Shown here one piece after another: positions 35,012-47,421 of a stretch of 64,000 bases of DNA (position 1 is the first letter of the stretch; each line of letters starts with the position of its first letter). The notes under the pieces are model-generated. The model ran no database searches, was not told the DNA's origin, and was given only the letters and a program-made list of their open reading frames with translations. This DNA comes from Opitutales bacterium (GTDB lineage Bacteria > Verrucomicrobiota > Verrucomicrobiia > Opitutales > UBA2987): assembly GCA_965226885.1 (NCBI GenBank), contig CBDDEL010000013.1:256001-320000 (forward strand). Direction: 5' to 3'. Made by a program: the position numbers and the translations under genes.

Positions 35012-37255
35012 AAATTCCGATCCGTTGTCCGAGCGGATGCACTGGGGTTTGCCGTTCTCTCTTATGGCTTCGTTCAATACCTCCACCACATCGGTACTTT
35101 TCAGTGAGCGAGCAACCTTAATGGCCAGGCATTGTCGGGTATGCTCGTCGATCAATGTCAAGAGCCTGAGCGGACCGCCCCGGTCAGTGCGATCGGCCAC
35201 GAAGTCCCATCTCCACACATGGTTGGGCTGCACGGCCCGGGTCGGGGAGGCTGTAGATTGGCCCTGCCTGCGACGACGCTTGCGAGGCGGGCGCACACCC
35301 AGTCCTTCGGCAGGTCGCACTTTCTGCACAAATTTGCGACTCACGGGCCAGCCTTCGTGGAACAACATAGCGCGGATTCGCCGATAGCCATAGCGAGGAT
35401 GCTTCTTCGAAAAGGCAATGATGCGTGCCACCAGTTTATGCCTATACTCAGTAGCTTTTGACGTGTACTGGATTTGTTGGACACGGGATTCTCTTATATT
35501 CATTGTTTATTGATTAGTGTGTCAGGCGGCTTGTTTTGGTAAAGGGTTTTGTTTTCTCGTTGCCCCCCATGGGGGGCAAATATTTTCCTCGAATTGGACT
35601 GGGCTTTGGTAACTCAGAGAGGAATGTTTGCGATATCGGTTGTAGAAGATTTCCACGTATTCGAAGACAGTTGATCGCAGTTCGCGCTCGTCGGCAAAGT
35701 GGCGGCCTCGAATCGTGCTGGTCTTGAAGCGGCCGTAGAACGATTCCATGGCCGCGTTGTCGTAGCAGTTGCCTTGGGCGCTCATGCTCGGCTTCATGCC
35801 TAGTTCAGAGACCAGCCTCTGATAGTCGTCGCTGGCGTAGGGGCTGCCCCGATCGCTGTGATGAATAATCCCGGTGCGCAGTGTGCCGCGGGTCATGGCC
35901 GCGGCTTTGAGGGCCTTGCCAACCAGCTTCGCGTCGTTGTGGTTGGAAACGCTCCAGCCCAGCAGGCGTCGGCTGAACAGGTCCATCACCGTGGCCAAGT
36001 ACATCCAACCGGCCAGGGTCCGTAGGTAGGTCGTGTCCGCCACCCAGACCTCGTCGATATGGGTCGGCTGGCCATGCTTTTTAAGCACATTGGGGCTGTA
36101 ACCATAGGGATGGTTACTGTTGGTTTTTAATGGCTTAAAGCGTTTACTCTGGGTGCTTTTGATTCCCATTTCACGCATCAGACGCAGAGCCCGGTCACGG
36201 CCGCAATCGATGCCCTCATCATCCTTCAGATGGCGGTGCATTGGCCGATGCCCATAGCGGCCCTTGGCCTCTTTGTGTACCTTCAGGATCGCCCCCTTGA
36301 TTCCCTCGTCCTCGATCCGCCGGGCCGAGGGCGCTCGGTGCCTCCAGCAGTAATAGCCACTGCGACAAATCCCCATCGCCGAGCATATTTCCTCGATCTT
36401 GAAGCGCCCCTCGTTGTCTTTGACAAACTGGTACTTCATTGTTCGTCCTTGGCAAAGTAGCCCACCGTTTTTTTAGTATCTGGTTGATCCGCTCCGAGCG
36501 GCGCAGCTCTTTGCGAAGACGATCTATCTCGGCCGCCATCTCCTTCGGACTGCTCTGTCGCTTTGAGGTGGCTTCGCCCTGCTGATCGTCCAGATAGAGC
36601 CTCTTCCACCTATACAATTGGTTGGTGTTGACCCCAAGTTTGGTCGATACCTCGGTGGCGCTCAGACCATCGAGTATCATCAGTTGAACTGCCTCATTTT
36701 TGAACTCTATACTAAAGCGTCTTCTTCCCATGCTTCGATTCTCCATTTAGGAGAATCTCGTGTAGGAGAATCTCGTGTCCACTTTTTCCAGTGCACATCA
36801 CTTTCTTGGGTTCATACAGGTAGGTTGAGCGGTGCAACCCAAAATACTGACAGGCCCGACGCAGCGAGCACGACCCTTGGGCCAATACATGCTTCACCGC
36901 TTCCTTTTTCTGCTTCGGGCCTACCATTTTTTTGCGTTCACCTCCTTGAGCACACGGTTCTCCAGCATCTGCTCGGCTACTATCTTCTTAAGCTGCGTGC
37001 TCTCGCGCTCCAGCTCCTTCAGCCGCTTGGCGTCACGTAACTCCATCCGGCCATACTTTTCACGCCAGCGATGGTAGCTTTGAGGACTGATATTGCGGGA
37101 CCGACAGACATCCTGGATGCCTTTGCCTGCGTCTACTTCGCGCAGAATCGTTATGATCTGTTCAGGGGTGTATCTTTTTTGCTTCATATGTCTTTCCGGT
37201 AATTTCTCCAGAAAGACTCTCACTGGCAATGGTCGTGTTTTTGGCGGTTACATCA
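35012..37255 (-). mobile_element. IS3-family element B (IS407-group-like), interrupted and truncated
   Basis: IRL TGATGTAACC; OrfA MKQKRYTPEQI...NAKKW; OrfB PRYGYRR, WRWDF and RSDNGSEF, cut by IS1-B. Confidence 0.88.
35459..36800 (-). mobile_element. IS3-family element A, full length
   Basis: 4-bp DR CTTT inside IS3-B orfB; OrfB 35522-36439. Confidence 0.93.
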
Positions 37256-37417
37256 CGCCTGGCAGAGATATATATAGAAAAAACAATTGTCAAAGCGTAT
37301 TGAAAGGAGCAAATTGGATCGAAATATTGAAAAGTATCTATTTTCAACGATTATGAATGTTCATAGGGGAAATCTCGGTTAACAATAAATTTACCCTTTT
37401 GGTTTCCGGTTAATCTA

Positions 37418-39236
37418 GAGGCTGTCCCAAAAATATAAAGATTTTATAGTCAACTGGATGACGTTGATAAAAAGAGCCGGAAAGAGCAAGTTTTTGCTCG
37501 ATCCGGCCAAAAAAGGGTTCTATAATTGAGTTAGCGAAAATCAATATATAGCCCTTTCTATGAAAAATATAGCCATCCAATGCCTCCTGCGTCCAGCTTT
37601 AACTGTGGTCGACCGGTGCCTCGATTACGATAACTTCCGCGCCACCATTGATCGAATCGATCGGCTGCTGATCGACTCGGAGGTGGAATCGCAGGCCATT
37701 GAGCTGGCCTTGGAGGGGTGGCCGCCAATGGGTCTAAAGGCCCGGCGGCAGCGGGCCAGTTTTGCCATCAAGGCACTGCGCATGGATACGCTGGGCCGTC
37801 TGCTCGGAGGGATTTCGTTTCGGCATTTGTCGCGGGCTCTGGGCAGCAGCGATCTGTTGGCCGACTTTTGCCGTGTCCGGCAGATCGATGGCATCAGGGG
37901 CATCTCCAAAAGCACCCTGGAGCGGGCCTCGAAGTTTTTCAGCGAAGAGCAGTTGAGGGCCTTGCACCGGACCTTGACTGAGGTGGTGGGCGATGCCCTT
38001 CTGGCCCGGCAGGTGAGATTGGACAAGCCGATTGACCCCACCATTTGCCTGATCGACGGCACCTGTTTGGAGGCTAACATTCATTGGCCGACGGACTGGG
38101 TATTACTCAAGGATGTAGCCGGCACGTTGCTCAAAGCGATCCGGCTGATCCGCGAGAAGGCCGGTTTGCGCCATCGCATGCCGATCGAACCGGAGCCCTT
38201 GGCTCGGCAGATGAATCGGCTGTGCATACAGATGACCCACAGCCGGCGGCGAAAGGACAGCGCGCGGCAGCGCAAGGGTATCTTGAGGCAGATGAGAAAG
38301 CTGTTCAAACGGATCGGGGAGCATGCCCGCAGTCACCGGGAATTATTGCAAGCCTGCTGGGAGCAAAGCGATTACAGCGAAAAACAGGTCCAACAGATCC
38401 TCGCCCGGATGGAGCGCATGAGCGAGCAAATCCCGGTGGTCATCAAACAGGCGCACGAGCGGATCATTGGCGGCCGCCAGGTGAAAAACGCAGAGAAAGT
38501 CTTGAGTGTTTACGAACTCGATGGGCAGGTGATTGTGCGAGGTAAAGCGGGCCAAGAGGTCGAGTTCGGCAACACCCTGTTTTTGGGAGAAAGCGTTGAA
38601 GGGTACCTGCTGGACTGGAAACTCTACGGCAGCCGAACTCCAAGCGAAAATGAACAAATGCAAGAGAGTTTGCAAAGACAGAACCGCTTCAACCTGGAAG
38701 AACCCATAGCGGCCATGTGCGCGGACCGGGGATTTGCCTCCCAGCGGGCCCGCCGGCAGTTAGCCCAGGAGGGAATCTACGACGCGCTCTGTCCACGCGA
38801 TCCGAAGCAGTTGAAAAAACGGATGGAGGAACCACTGTTCAGGCAATTGCAAAAGCGCCGGGCCAGCACCGAAGGGCGGATCGGGGTATTGAAGAATCGC
38901 TGGCAGGCCGGGCGGTTGCGCAGCAAAGGCTTTGCCAACCGCTCGATCAGCGTAGCCTGGTCGGTACTCTCGCACAACCTATGGAAAGTAGCCAAGATGC
39001 TGGCCCAGCAAGACGAACTAAAAACCAAAGCGGCGGCCTAGAGAGCGGAAAAGCAAGGACAATACTTTTTCACAGCCTTACTGTCGGCTCATACAAAGAA
39101 AACCAGGCAACCGGACCCCAAAACCAGTATCCTAACGTCATAGGAGAGCAAAGTTGATACTCTCCCAAATGCAAATACCTCTAAAATGAGCGCCTATCAA
39201 AAGCCCTCGCAAAAATCACCCTTTTGGGACAGCCTC
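37418..39236 (+). mobile_element. IS5/ISNCY-like element, complete
   Basis: 7-bp DR TAATCTA; transposase 37560-39041. Confidence 0.93.
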
Positions 39237-39268
39237 TAATCTATGCCCAACCTTCAGAAATTAAAGCT

Positions 39269-40255
39269 TTGAAGAATATACTTCTAACCGGGGCTGCCGG
39301 ATTTATCGGAGCCGCCACTACGGAAAAATTACTGGCTCAGGGCCTCAGCGTAATTGGAGTGGATAATTTGAATGATTACTACCCCATCGAATTGAAACAA
39401 TTCCGCCTCGATCGACTGCTGAAAAATCCCAAATTCATCTTTTATAAGGCGGACATCGAAAGCGAAACTGAAATTGACAAGATATTTGCCAAGCATCGAC
39501 CTCGGGCCGTGCTTCATTTGGCTGCGCGAGCCGGAGTCCGCCGGAGTTTGCAAAATCCTCAAGATTATTTTCGCACTAATTCATTGGGCGTTATCAATGT
39601 TTTGGAGGCTATGCGGAAATTTAAAACCGCTAAATTAGTCCTTGCCTCTACTTCTTCACTTTATGCCGGAGAGGATTCACCGTTTGTCGAGACCCATCCT
39701 TCCAACACGCCGATCTCGCCTTATGCGGCATCAAAAAAATCAGCCGAGACGTTGGCTTACACCTATCATCACCTTTACGGAATCGATGTAACCGTATTGC
39801 GATATTTTACAGTTTACGGACCTGCCGGCCGGCCCGATATGGCGCCCTTTCGTTTTATCGAGTGGATTCTTGGCCAAAAGCCCCTGAAATTATTCGGTGA
39901 CGGCAATCAATCGCGTGACTTCACCTATATCGATGATGTCGTCGATGGGACCATTCTTGGTCTTAAAGATTTGGGGTATGAAATCATAAATATAGGCTGC
40001 GGAAAAAATCCTCTTTCAATCAACAATCTTTTCCAATTGCTGGAAAAACTAACCGGCAAAAAAGCAAAGATTCAACCTGGTCCCCATATTTCCGCCGATA
40101 TGCGGGAAACGAGGGCCGATATCGCAAAAGCTCAACGAATTCTTGGCTGGGAGCCTGCAATGAGCCCGGTAGATGGGTTTAAGCAAACGGTTCAATGGCA
40201 CCTGGAAAATAGAAGCTGGCTTCCCGCCATCATTTCGGCTTCAGAGAACATCTAA
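39269..40255 (+). CDS. NAD-dependent nucleotide-sugar epimerase (UDP-glucuronate 4-epimerase-like)
   Basis: TGAAGFIG, HLAARAGVR, YAASK and RYFTVYGPAGRPDMA motifs. Native start is probably TTG at 39269. Confidence 0.9.
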   Translation: MKNILLTGAAGFIGAATTEKLLAQGLSVIGVDNLNDYYPIELKQFRLDRLLKNPKFIFYKADIESETEIDKIFAKHRPRAVLHLAARAGVRRSLQNPQDYFRTNSLGVINVLEAMRKFKTAKLVLASTSSLYAGEDSPFVETHPSNTPISPYAASKKSAETLAYTYHHLYGIDVTVLRYFTVYGPAGRPDMAPFRFIEWILGQKPLKLFGDGNQSRDFTYIDDVVDGTILGLKDLGYEIINIGCGKNPLSINNLFQLLEKLTGKKAKIQPGPHISADMRETRADIAKAQRILGWEPAMSPVDGFKQTVQWHLENRSWLPAIISASENI

Positions 40256-40300
40256 TTCCGATCGCTTCATAGGATAAAATATTTTCATCCCGTTATTTTT

Positions 40301-40426
40301 ATGAAAGTTCCCCTGCTCGACCTAAAAGCGCAATACCATTCTATTAAAACGGAGATCGATTCCGCTGTCGCCGAAATATTTACCTCTCAAATGTTCATTA
40401 ATGGTGACAAGGGAAATATTATCTAA
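40301..40426 (+). pseudogene. DegT/DnrJ/EryC1/StrS aminotransferase N-terminal remnant
   Basis: [35 protein letters not shown], then the sequence breaks off. Not in the ORF track. Confidence 0.8.
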
Positions 40427-40515
40427 TTATACTTTAAGGGGTGGAGAATAATGGCAGTATTCACACTTTCTGGAGGACGCTTCCTTATTTCCTAAGTTGC
40501 TTCTGTATGTAAAGT

Positions 40516-40821
40516 ATGAGAGGTATTCTTCAGTGTAATAAAGTATTTAATTCTGACGCCATTGCGATCATGGGGTCTGGTCGTTCTTCTTTGAGTTACG
40601 GTCGATTGTGCCGTCACATTGATGAGGCAGGCGCTCAGTTAAACGCCTGGGGAATCGGCCGGAATGATCGAATCGCATTGACACTGCCGAACGGACCCGA
40701 GATGGCAACGGCCTTTCTCGCTATAGCTTCCGTTGCTACCTGCGCTCCGTTGAATCCCGCTTATTCGAAAACTGAGTTTGAATTTTTCCTGACGGATCTG
40801 AATGTCAAAGCACTTATTGTA
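40516..40821 (+). pseudogene. AMP-binding enzyme (acyl-CoA ligase) N-terminal fragment
   Basis: GIGRNDRIALTLPNGPEM...APLNPAY...EFEFFL, cut by the IS5-like element. Confidence 0.8.
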
Positions 40822-43800
40822 GAGGCTGTCCCAAAAGGGTGATTTTTGCGAGGGCTTTTGATAGGCGCTCATTTTAGAGGTATTTGCATTTGGGAGAGTA
40901 TCAACTTTGCTCTCCTATAACGTTAGGATACTGGTTTTGGGGTCCGGTTGCCTGGTTTTCTTTGTATGAGCCGACAGTAAGGCTGTGAAAAAGTATTGTC
41001 CTTGCTTTTCCGCTCTCTAGCCCGGATATTTCGTAAAAAAAAGTATCGTTGATATGCTTAACTGCTGATATACAGCAGGATAGATCAATAATTAAAGCAA
41101 TATCAGCGATGACAAAAGGTAAACAATTAAAGCTACAGTTGACAAGGGTAAAAGGCCGCCGTGTGCGGGTTGATTTCAAGGGCGGAGAGGTTACTTCGGA
41201 TGCCGGACTGCTTTTGATCCGGGAAGTGGATCGGCAGTTGGGCTTGACCGAACGAGCGGCCCGACAGTTAGTGGACAAACGGCAGAAGGGCAAAGTACGC
41301 CATGAGGTATTGGGGATGCTGCGGCAGCGCGTTTACGGGCTGGTGGCGGGCTATGAGGATTTGAACGACTTTGATACCCTGCGCCACGATCCATTGTTGC
41401 AAACGGTAACGGGGCGCATTGAAACGTTGGCCAGCGCGCCGACTTTGTGTCGTTTTGAAAACGGGCAGGATCGGCGGGCGGCCTTTGCGGTAAACGAGCT
41501 GTTGGTCGAACAGTTCATGGGCTCTTTTGCCGAGGAACCCGAAGAGATCATCCTGGACTTTGACGCCACCGACAATCCGGTGCACGGGCTCCAGGAGGGA
41601 CGTTTTTTCCACGGTTATTATGATCATTACTGTTTTCTGCCGCTATATGTTTTTTGCGGTGATCAGCTGCTGGTGGCCTACCTGCGGCCGAGCAAGATCG
41701 ATGCCAGCAAGCATGCCGGGGCCATCCTCAAATTGCTGGTTAAACGGATGCGCCAAAGCTGGCCCCGTACGCGGATTATTTGGCGCGCCGACAGTGGATT
41801 TTGTCGAGACCGGATACTCTCTTGGTGCGACCGCAACGAAGTTAGTTACATCGTGGGGATGGCTCGCAATGCACGCTTGCAGCAAGACGCCCAGCAGTTG
41901 CAAAAGCAGGCCAAAGAATGGTTCGAACTAAGGGGTAAAAAACAACGGTTATTCCAGGACTTCGTCTATGCTGCCGATTCGTGGCGATGGCTGCGGTTGG
42001 TCATCCATAAAGCCGAACACACCGCACAGGGGTCCAACCCGCGCTTCGTGGTGACGAACCTGCCGGGCGATCCCCAGGAGCTTTACGACAAGGTATACTG
42101 TGGCCGCGGTGAAATGGAGAACCGAATCAAGGAACAGATGCAATTGTTCAGCGAGCGCACCAGCGCCCATCAATGGTGGGCCAATCAGTGGCGATTGCTC
42201 TTGTCGGCGCTGGCCTACACCTTGATGGAAGCCATGCGCCGGTTAGCCTTAAAAGGGACGAAGTGGGCGCGGGCCCAATGCCACACCCTGCGGCTCAAAT
42301 TAATCAAGATCGGAGCGGTCATCGTGCGCACAACACCCGAACGATTCACTTTCACCTAAGTGAGAGTTATCCTTGGGCCAGTCTTTTCAACCATGCGGCC
42401 CGCCGATTGGTGCCAACCTAAAGGGTGCATTGGTGCTGCCCCCGGCACTACCGAACCAATGGGGGAAAGGGGGCAGTGTCTCTACACCCTGAAAAACACC
42501 TAAAAATCAAGACGATCTGCTCAAAATACAAAGAAATCCATCTCCAATAGCAATAACGAGCCAAACTTTACCCTTCATGAAATATCCGGGTTAGCCCGGA
42601 TATTTCGTAAAAAAAGTATCGTTGATATGCTTAACTGCTGATATACAGCAGGATAGATCAATAATTAAAGCAATATCAGCGATGACAAAAGGTAAACAAT
42701 TAAAGCTACAGTTGACAAGGGTAAAAGGCCGCCGTGTGCGGGTTGATTTCAAGGGCGGAGAGGTTACTTCGGATGCCGGACTGCTTTTGATCCGGGAAGT
42801 GGATCGGCAGTTGGGCTTGACCGAACGAGCGGCCCGCCAGTTAGTGGACAAACGGCAGAAGGGCAAAGTACGCCATGAGGTATTGGGGATGCTGCGGCAG
42901 CGCGTTTACGGGCTGGTGGCGGGCTATGAGGATTTGAACGACTTTGATACCCTGCGCCACGATCCATTGTTGCAAACGGTAACGGGGCGCATTGAAACGT
43001 TGGCCAGCGCGCCGACTTTGTGTCGTTTTGAAAACGGGCAGGATCGGCGGGCGGCCTTTGCGGTAAACGAGCTGTTGGTCGAACAGTTCATGGGCTCTTT
43101 TGCCGAGGAACCCGAAGAGATCATCCTGGACTTTGACGCCACCGACAATCCGGTGCACGGGCTCCAGGAGGGACGTTTTTTCCACGGTTATTATGATCAT
43201 TACTGTTTTCTGCCGCTATATGTTTTTTGCGGTGATCAGCTGCTGGTGGCCTACCTGCGGCCGAGCAAGATCGATGCCAGCAAGCATGCCGGGGCCATCC
43301 TCAAATTGCTGGTTAAACGGATTCGCCAAAGCTGGCCCCGTACGCGGATTATTTGGCGCGCCGACAGTGGATTTTGTCGAGACCGGATACTCTCTTGGTG
43401 TGACCGCAACGAAGTTAGTTACATCGTGGGGATGGCTCGCAATGCACGCTTGCAGCAAGACGCCCAGCAGTTGCAAAAGCAGGCCAAAGAATGGTTCGAA
43501 CTAAGGGGTAAAAAACAACGGTTATTCCAGGACTTCGTCTATGCTGCCGATTCGTGGCGATGGCTGCGGTTGGTCATCCATAAAGCCGAACACACCGCAC
43601 AGGGGTCCAACCCGCGCTTCGTGGTGACGAACCTGCCGGGCGATCCCCAGGAGCTTTACGACAAGGTATACTGTGGCCGCGGTGAAATGGAGAACCGAAT
43701 CAAGGAACAGATGCAATTGTTCAGCGAGCGCACCAGCGCCCATCAATGGTGGGCCAATCAGTGGCGATTGCTCTTGTCGGCGCTGGCCTACACCTTGATG

Positions 43801-45955
43801 GAAGCCATGCGCCGGTTAGCCTTAAAAGGGACGAAGTGGGCGCGGGCCCAATGCCACACCTGCGGCTCAAATTAATCAAGATCGGAGCGGTCATCGTGCG
43901 CAACACCCGAACGATTCACTTTCACCTAAGTGAGAGTTATCCTTGGGCCAGTCTTTTCAACCATGCGGCCCGCCGATTGGTGCCAACCTAAAGGGTGCAT
44001 TGGTGCTGCCCCCGGCACTACCGAACCAATGGGGGAAAGGGGGCAGTGTCTCTACACCCTGAAAAACACCTAAAAATCAAGACGATCTGCTCAAAATACA
44101 AAGAAATCCATCTCCAATAGCAATAACGAGCCAAACTTTACCCTTCATGAAATATCCGGGCTAAAGGGTGCATTGGTGCTGCCCCCGGCACTACCGAACC
44201 AATGGGGGAAAGGGGGCAGTGTCTCTACACCCTGAAAAACACCTAGAAATCAAGACGATCTGCTCAAAATACAAAGAAATCCATCTCCAATAGCAATAAC
44301 GAGCCAAACTTTACCCTTCATGAAATATCCGGGCTAGGCCGCCGCTTTGGTTTTTAGTTCGTCTTGCTGGGCCAGCATCTTGGCTACTTTCCATAGGTTG
44401 TGCGAGAGTACCGACCAGGCTACGCTGATCGAGCGGTTGGCAAAGCCTTTGCTGCGCAACCGCCCGGCCTGCCAGCGATTCTTCAATACCCCGATCCGCC
44501 CTTCGGTGCTGGCCCGGCGCTTTTGCAATTGTCTGAACAGTGGTTCCTCCATCCGTTTTTTCAACTGCTTCGGATCGCGTGGACAGAGCGCGTCGTAGAT
44601 TCCCTCCTGGGCTAACTGCCGGCGGGCCCGCTGGGAGGCAAATCCCCGGTCCGCGCACATGGCCGCTATGGGTTCTTCCAGGTTGAAGCGGTTCTGTCTT
44701 TGCAAACTCTCTAGCATTTGTTCATTTTCGCTTGGAGTTCGGCTGCCGTAGAGTTTCCAGTCCAGCAGGTACCCTTCAACGCTTTCTCCCAAAAACAGGG
44801 TGTTGCCGAACTCGACCTCTTGGCCCGCTTTACCTCGCACAATCACCTGCCCATCGAGTTCGTAAACACTCAAGACTTTCTCTGCGTTTTTCACCTGGCG
44901 GCCGCCAATGATCCGCTCGTGCGCCTGTTTGATGACCACCGGGATTTGCTCGCTCATGCGCTCCATCCGGGCGAGGATCTGTTGGACCTGTTTTTCGCTG
45001 TAATCGCTTTGCTCCCAGCAGGCTTGCAATAATTCCCGGTGACTGCGGGCATGCTCCCCGATCCGTTTGAGCAGCTTTTTCATCTGCCTCAAGATACCCT
45101 TGCGCTGCCGCGCGCTGTCCTTTCGCCGCCGGCTGTGGGTCATCTGTATGCACAGCCGATTCATCTGCCGAGCCAAGGGCTCCGGTTCGATCGGCATGCG
45201 ATGGCGCACACCGGCCTTCTCGCGGATCAGCCGGATCGCTTTGAGCAACGTGCCGGCTACATCCTTGAGTAATACCCAGTCCGTCGGCCAATGAATGTTA
45301 GCCTCCAAACAGGTGCCGTCGATCAGGCAAATGGTGGTGTCAATCGGCTTGTCCAATCCCACCTGCCGGGCCAGAAGGGCATCGCCCACCACCTCAGTCA
45401 AGGTCCGGTGCAAGGCCCTCAACTGCTCTTCGCTGAAAAACTTCGAGGCCCGCTCCAGGGTGCTTTTGGAGATGCCCCTGATGCCATCGATCTGCCGGAC
45501 ACGGCAAAAGTCGGCCAACAGATCGCTGCTGCCCAGAGCCCGCGACAAATGCCGAAACGAAATCCCTCCGAGCAGACGGCCCAGCGTATCCATGCGCAGT
45601 GCCTTGATGGCAAAACTGGCCCGCTGCCGCCGGGCCTTTAGACCCATTGGCGGCCACCCCTCCAAGGCCAGCTCAATGGCCTGCGATTCCACCTCCGAGT
45701 CGATCAGCAGCCGATCGATTCGATCAATGGTGGCGCGGAAGTTATCGTAATCGAGGCACCGGTCGACCACAGTTAAAGCTGGACGCAGGAGGCATTGGAT
45801 GGCTATATTTTTCATAGAAAGGGCTATATTGATTTTCGCTAACTCAATTATAGAACCCTTTTTTGGCCGGATCGAGCAAAAACTTGCTCTTTCCGGCTCT
45901 TTTTATCAACGTCATCCAGTTGACTATAAAATCTTTATATTTTTGGGACAGCCTC
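40822..45955 (-). mobile_element. IS5/ISNCY-like element carrying an IS1380 array inserted at its stop codon
   Basis: Both IRs present; transposase 44334-45815 intact; CTAG duplicated at 41017 and 44334. Confidence 0.9.
41021..44333 (+). mobile_element. IS1380 tandem dimer (41021-42590, 42595-44160) plus an extra 3' end (44161-44333)
   Basis: IRR-TTAG-IRL junction. Both transposases are frameshifted near the C-terminus (+2 near 42330, -1 near 43860). Confidence 0.9.
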
Positions 45956-46199
45956 CACCTACAGCGACTTTTGGAGCACTTATGATGAAGTCTTTCCTCA
46001 TAACCGATCCGTGGGAAAAGAAACCGGTGAAACGGCCCATGTGGAACGATGGAACAATACCCTGCGCCAACGACTGGGTCGTTTCACACGCAAAACCCTC
46101 TCCTTTTCCAAGCTTAAGAGTATGCATGAAACCTGTCTGAGACTTTTCATTCATCAATATAATCAAGAATTAGCCACCATTCCTACTTAATACACTACC
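45956..46199 (+). mobile_element. IS1-A 3' fragment (second copy at 48262-48505)
   Basis: insB tail plus IRR abutting the IS5-like IR. Confidence 0.88.
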
Positions 46200-46286
46200 C
46201 CGGAATCATGGGTTCTCTGGGGATATTCGTATGCACCCTGACCCTGAAAATGACGCTCATGGTCATCTTCGGAGCATTCGGGCTAG

Positions 46287-47421
46287 CCCGGATATTTCAT
46301 GAAGGGTAAAGTTTGGCTCGTTATTGCTATTGGAGATGGATTTCTTTGTATTTTGAGCAGATCGTCTTTATTTTGAGCAGATCGTCTTGATTTTTAGGTG
46401 TTTTTCAGGGTGTAGAGACACTGCCCCCTTTCCCCCATTGGTTCGGTAGTGCCGGGGGCAGCACCAATGCACCCTTTAGGTTGGCACCAATCGGCGGGCC
46501 GCATGGTTGAAAAGACTGGCCCAAGGATAACTCTCACTTAGGTGAAAGTGAATCGTTCGGGTGTTGCGCACGATGACCGCTCCGATCTTGATTAATTTGA
46601 GCCGCAGGGTGTGGCATTGGGCCCGCGCCCACTTCGTCCCTTTTAAGGCTAACCGGCGCATGGCTTCCATCAAGGTGTAGGCCAGCGCCGACAAGAGCAA
46701 TCGGCACTGATTGGCCCACCATTGATGGGCGCTGGTGCGCTCGCTGAACAATTGCATCTGTTCCTTGATTCGGTTCTCCATTTCACCGCGGCCACAGTAT
46801 ACCTTGTCGTAAAGCTCCTGGGGATCGCCCGGCAGGTTCGTCACCACGAAGCGCGGGTTGGACCCCTGTGCGGTGTGTTCGGCTTTATGGATGACCAACC
46901 GCAGCCATCGCCACGAATCGGCAGCATAGACGAAGTCCTGGAATAACCGTTGTTTTTTACCCCTTAGTTCGAACCATTCTTTGGCCTGCTTTTGCAACTG
47001 CTGGGCGTCTTGCTGCAAGCGTGCATTGCGAGCCATCCCCACGATGTAACTAACTTCGTTGCGGTCGCACCAAGAGAGTATCCGGTCTCGACAAAATCCA
47101 CTGTCGGCGCGCCAAATAATCCGCGTACGGGGCCAGCTTTGGCGAATCCGTTTAACCAGCAATTTGAGGATGGCCCCGGCATGCTTGCTGGCATCGATCT
47201 TGCTCGGCCGCAGGTAGGCCACCAGCAGCTGATCACCGCAAAAAACATATAGCGGCAGAAAACAGTAATGATCATAATAACCGTGGAAAAAACGTCCCTC
47301 CTGGAGCCCGTGCACCGGATTGTCGGTGGCGTCAAAGTCCAGGATGATCTCTTCGGGTTCCTCGGCAAAGGAGCCCATGAACTGTTCGACCAACAGCTCG
47401 TTTACCGCAAAGGCCGCCCGC
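46287..47421 (-). mobile_element. IS1380 3' part, fused to an IS5-like 5' part (47419-48261)
   Basis: Chimeric junction at 47419-47421. Confidence 0.88.

Noticed and set aside
11600..39236. Glycan locus as a unit mobilised or inverted by the flanking inverted IS5-like copies
   Set aside because: Both copies retain their own matched 7-bp DRs.
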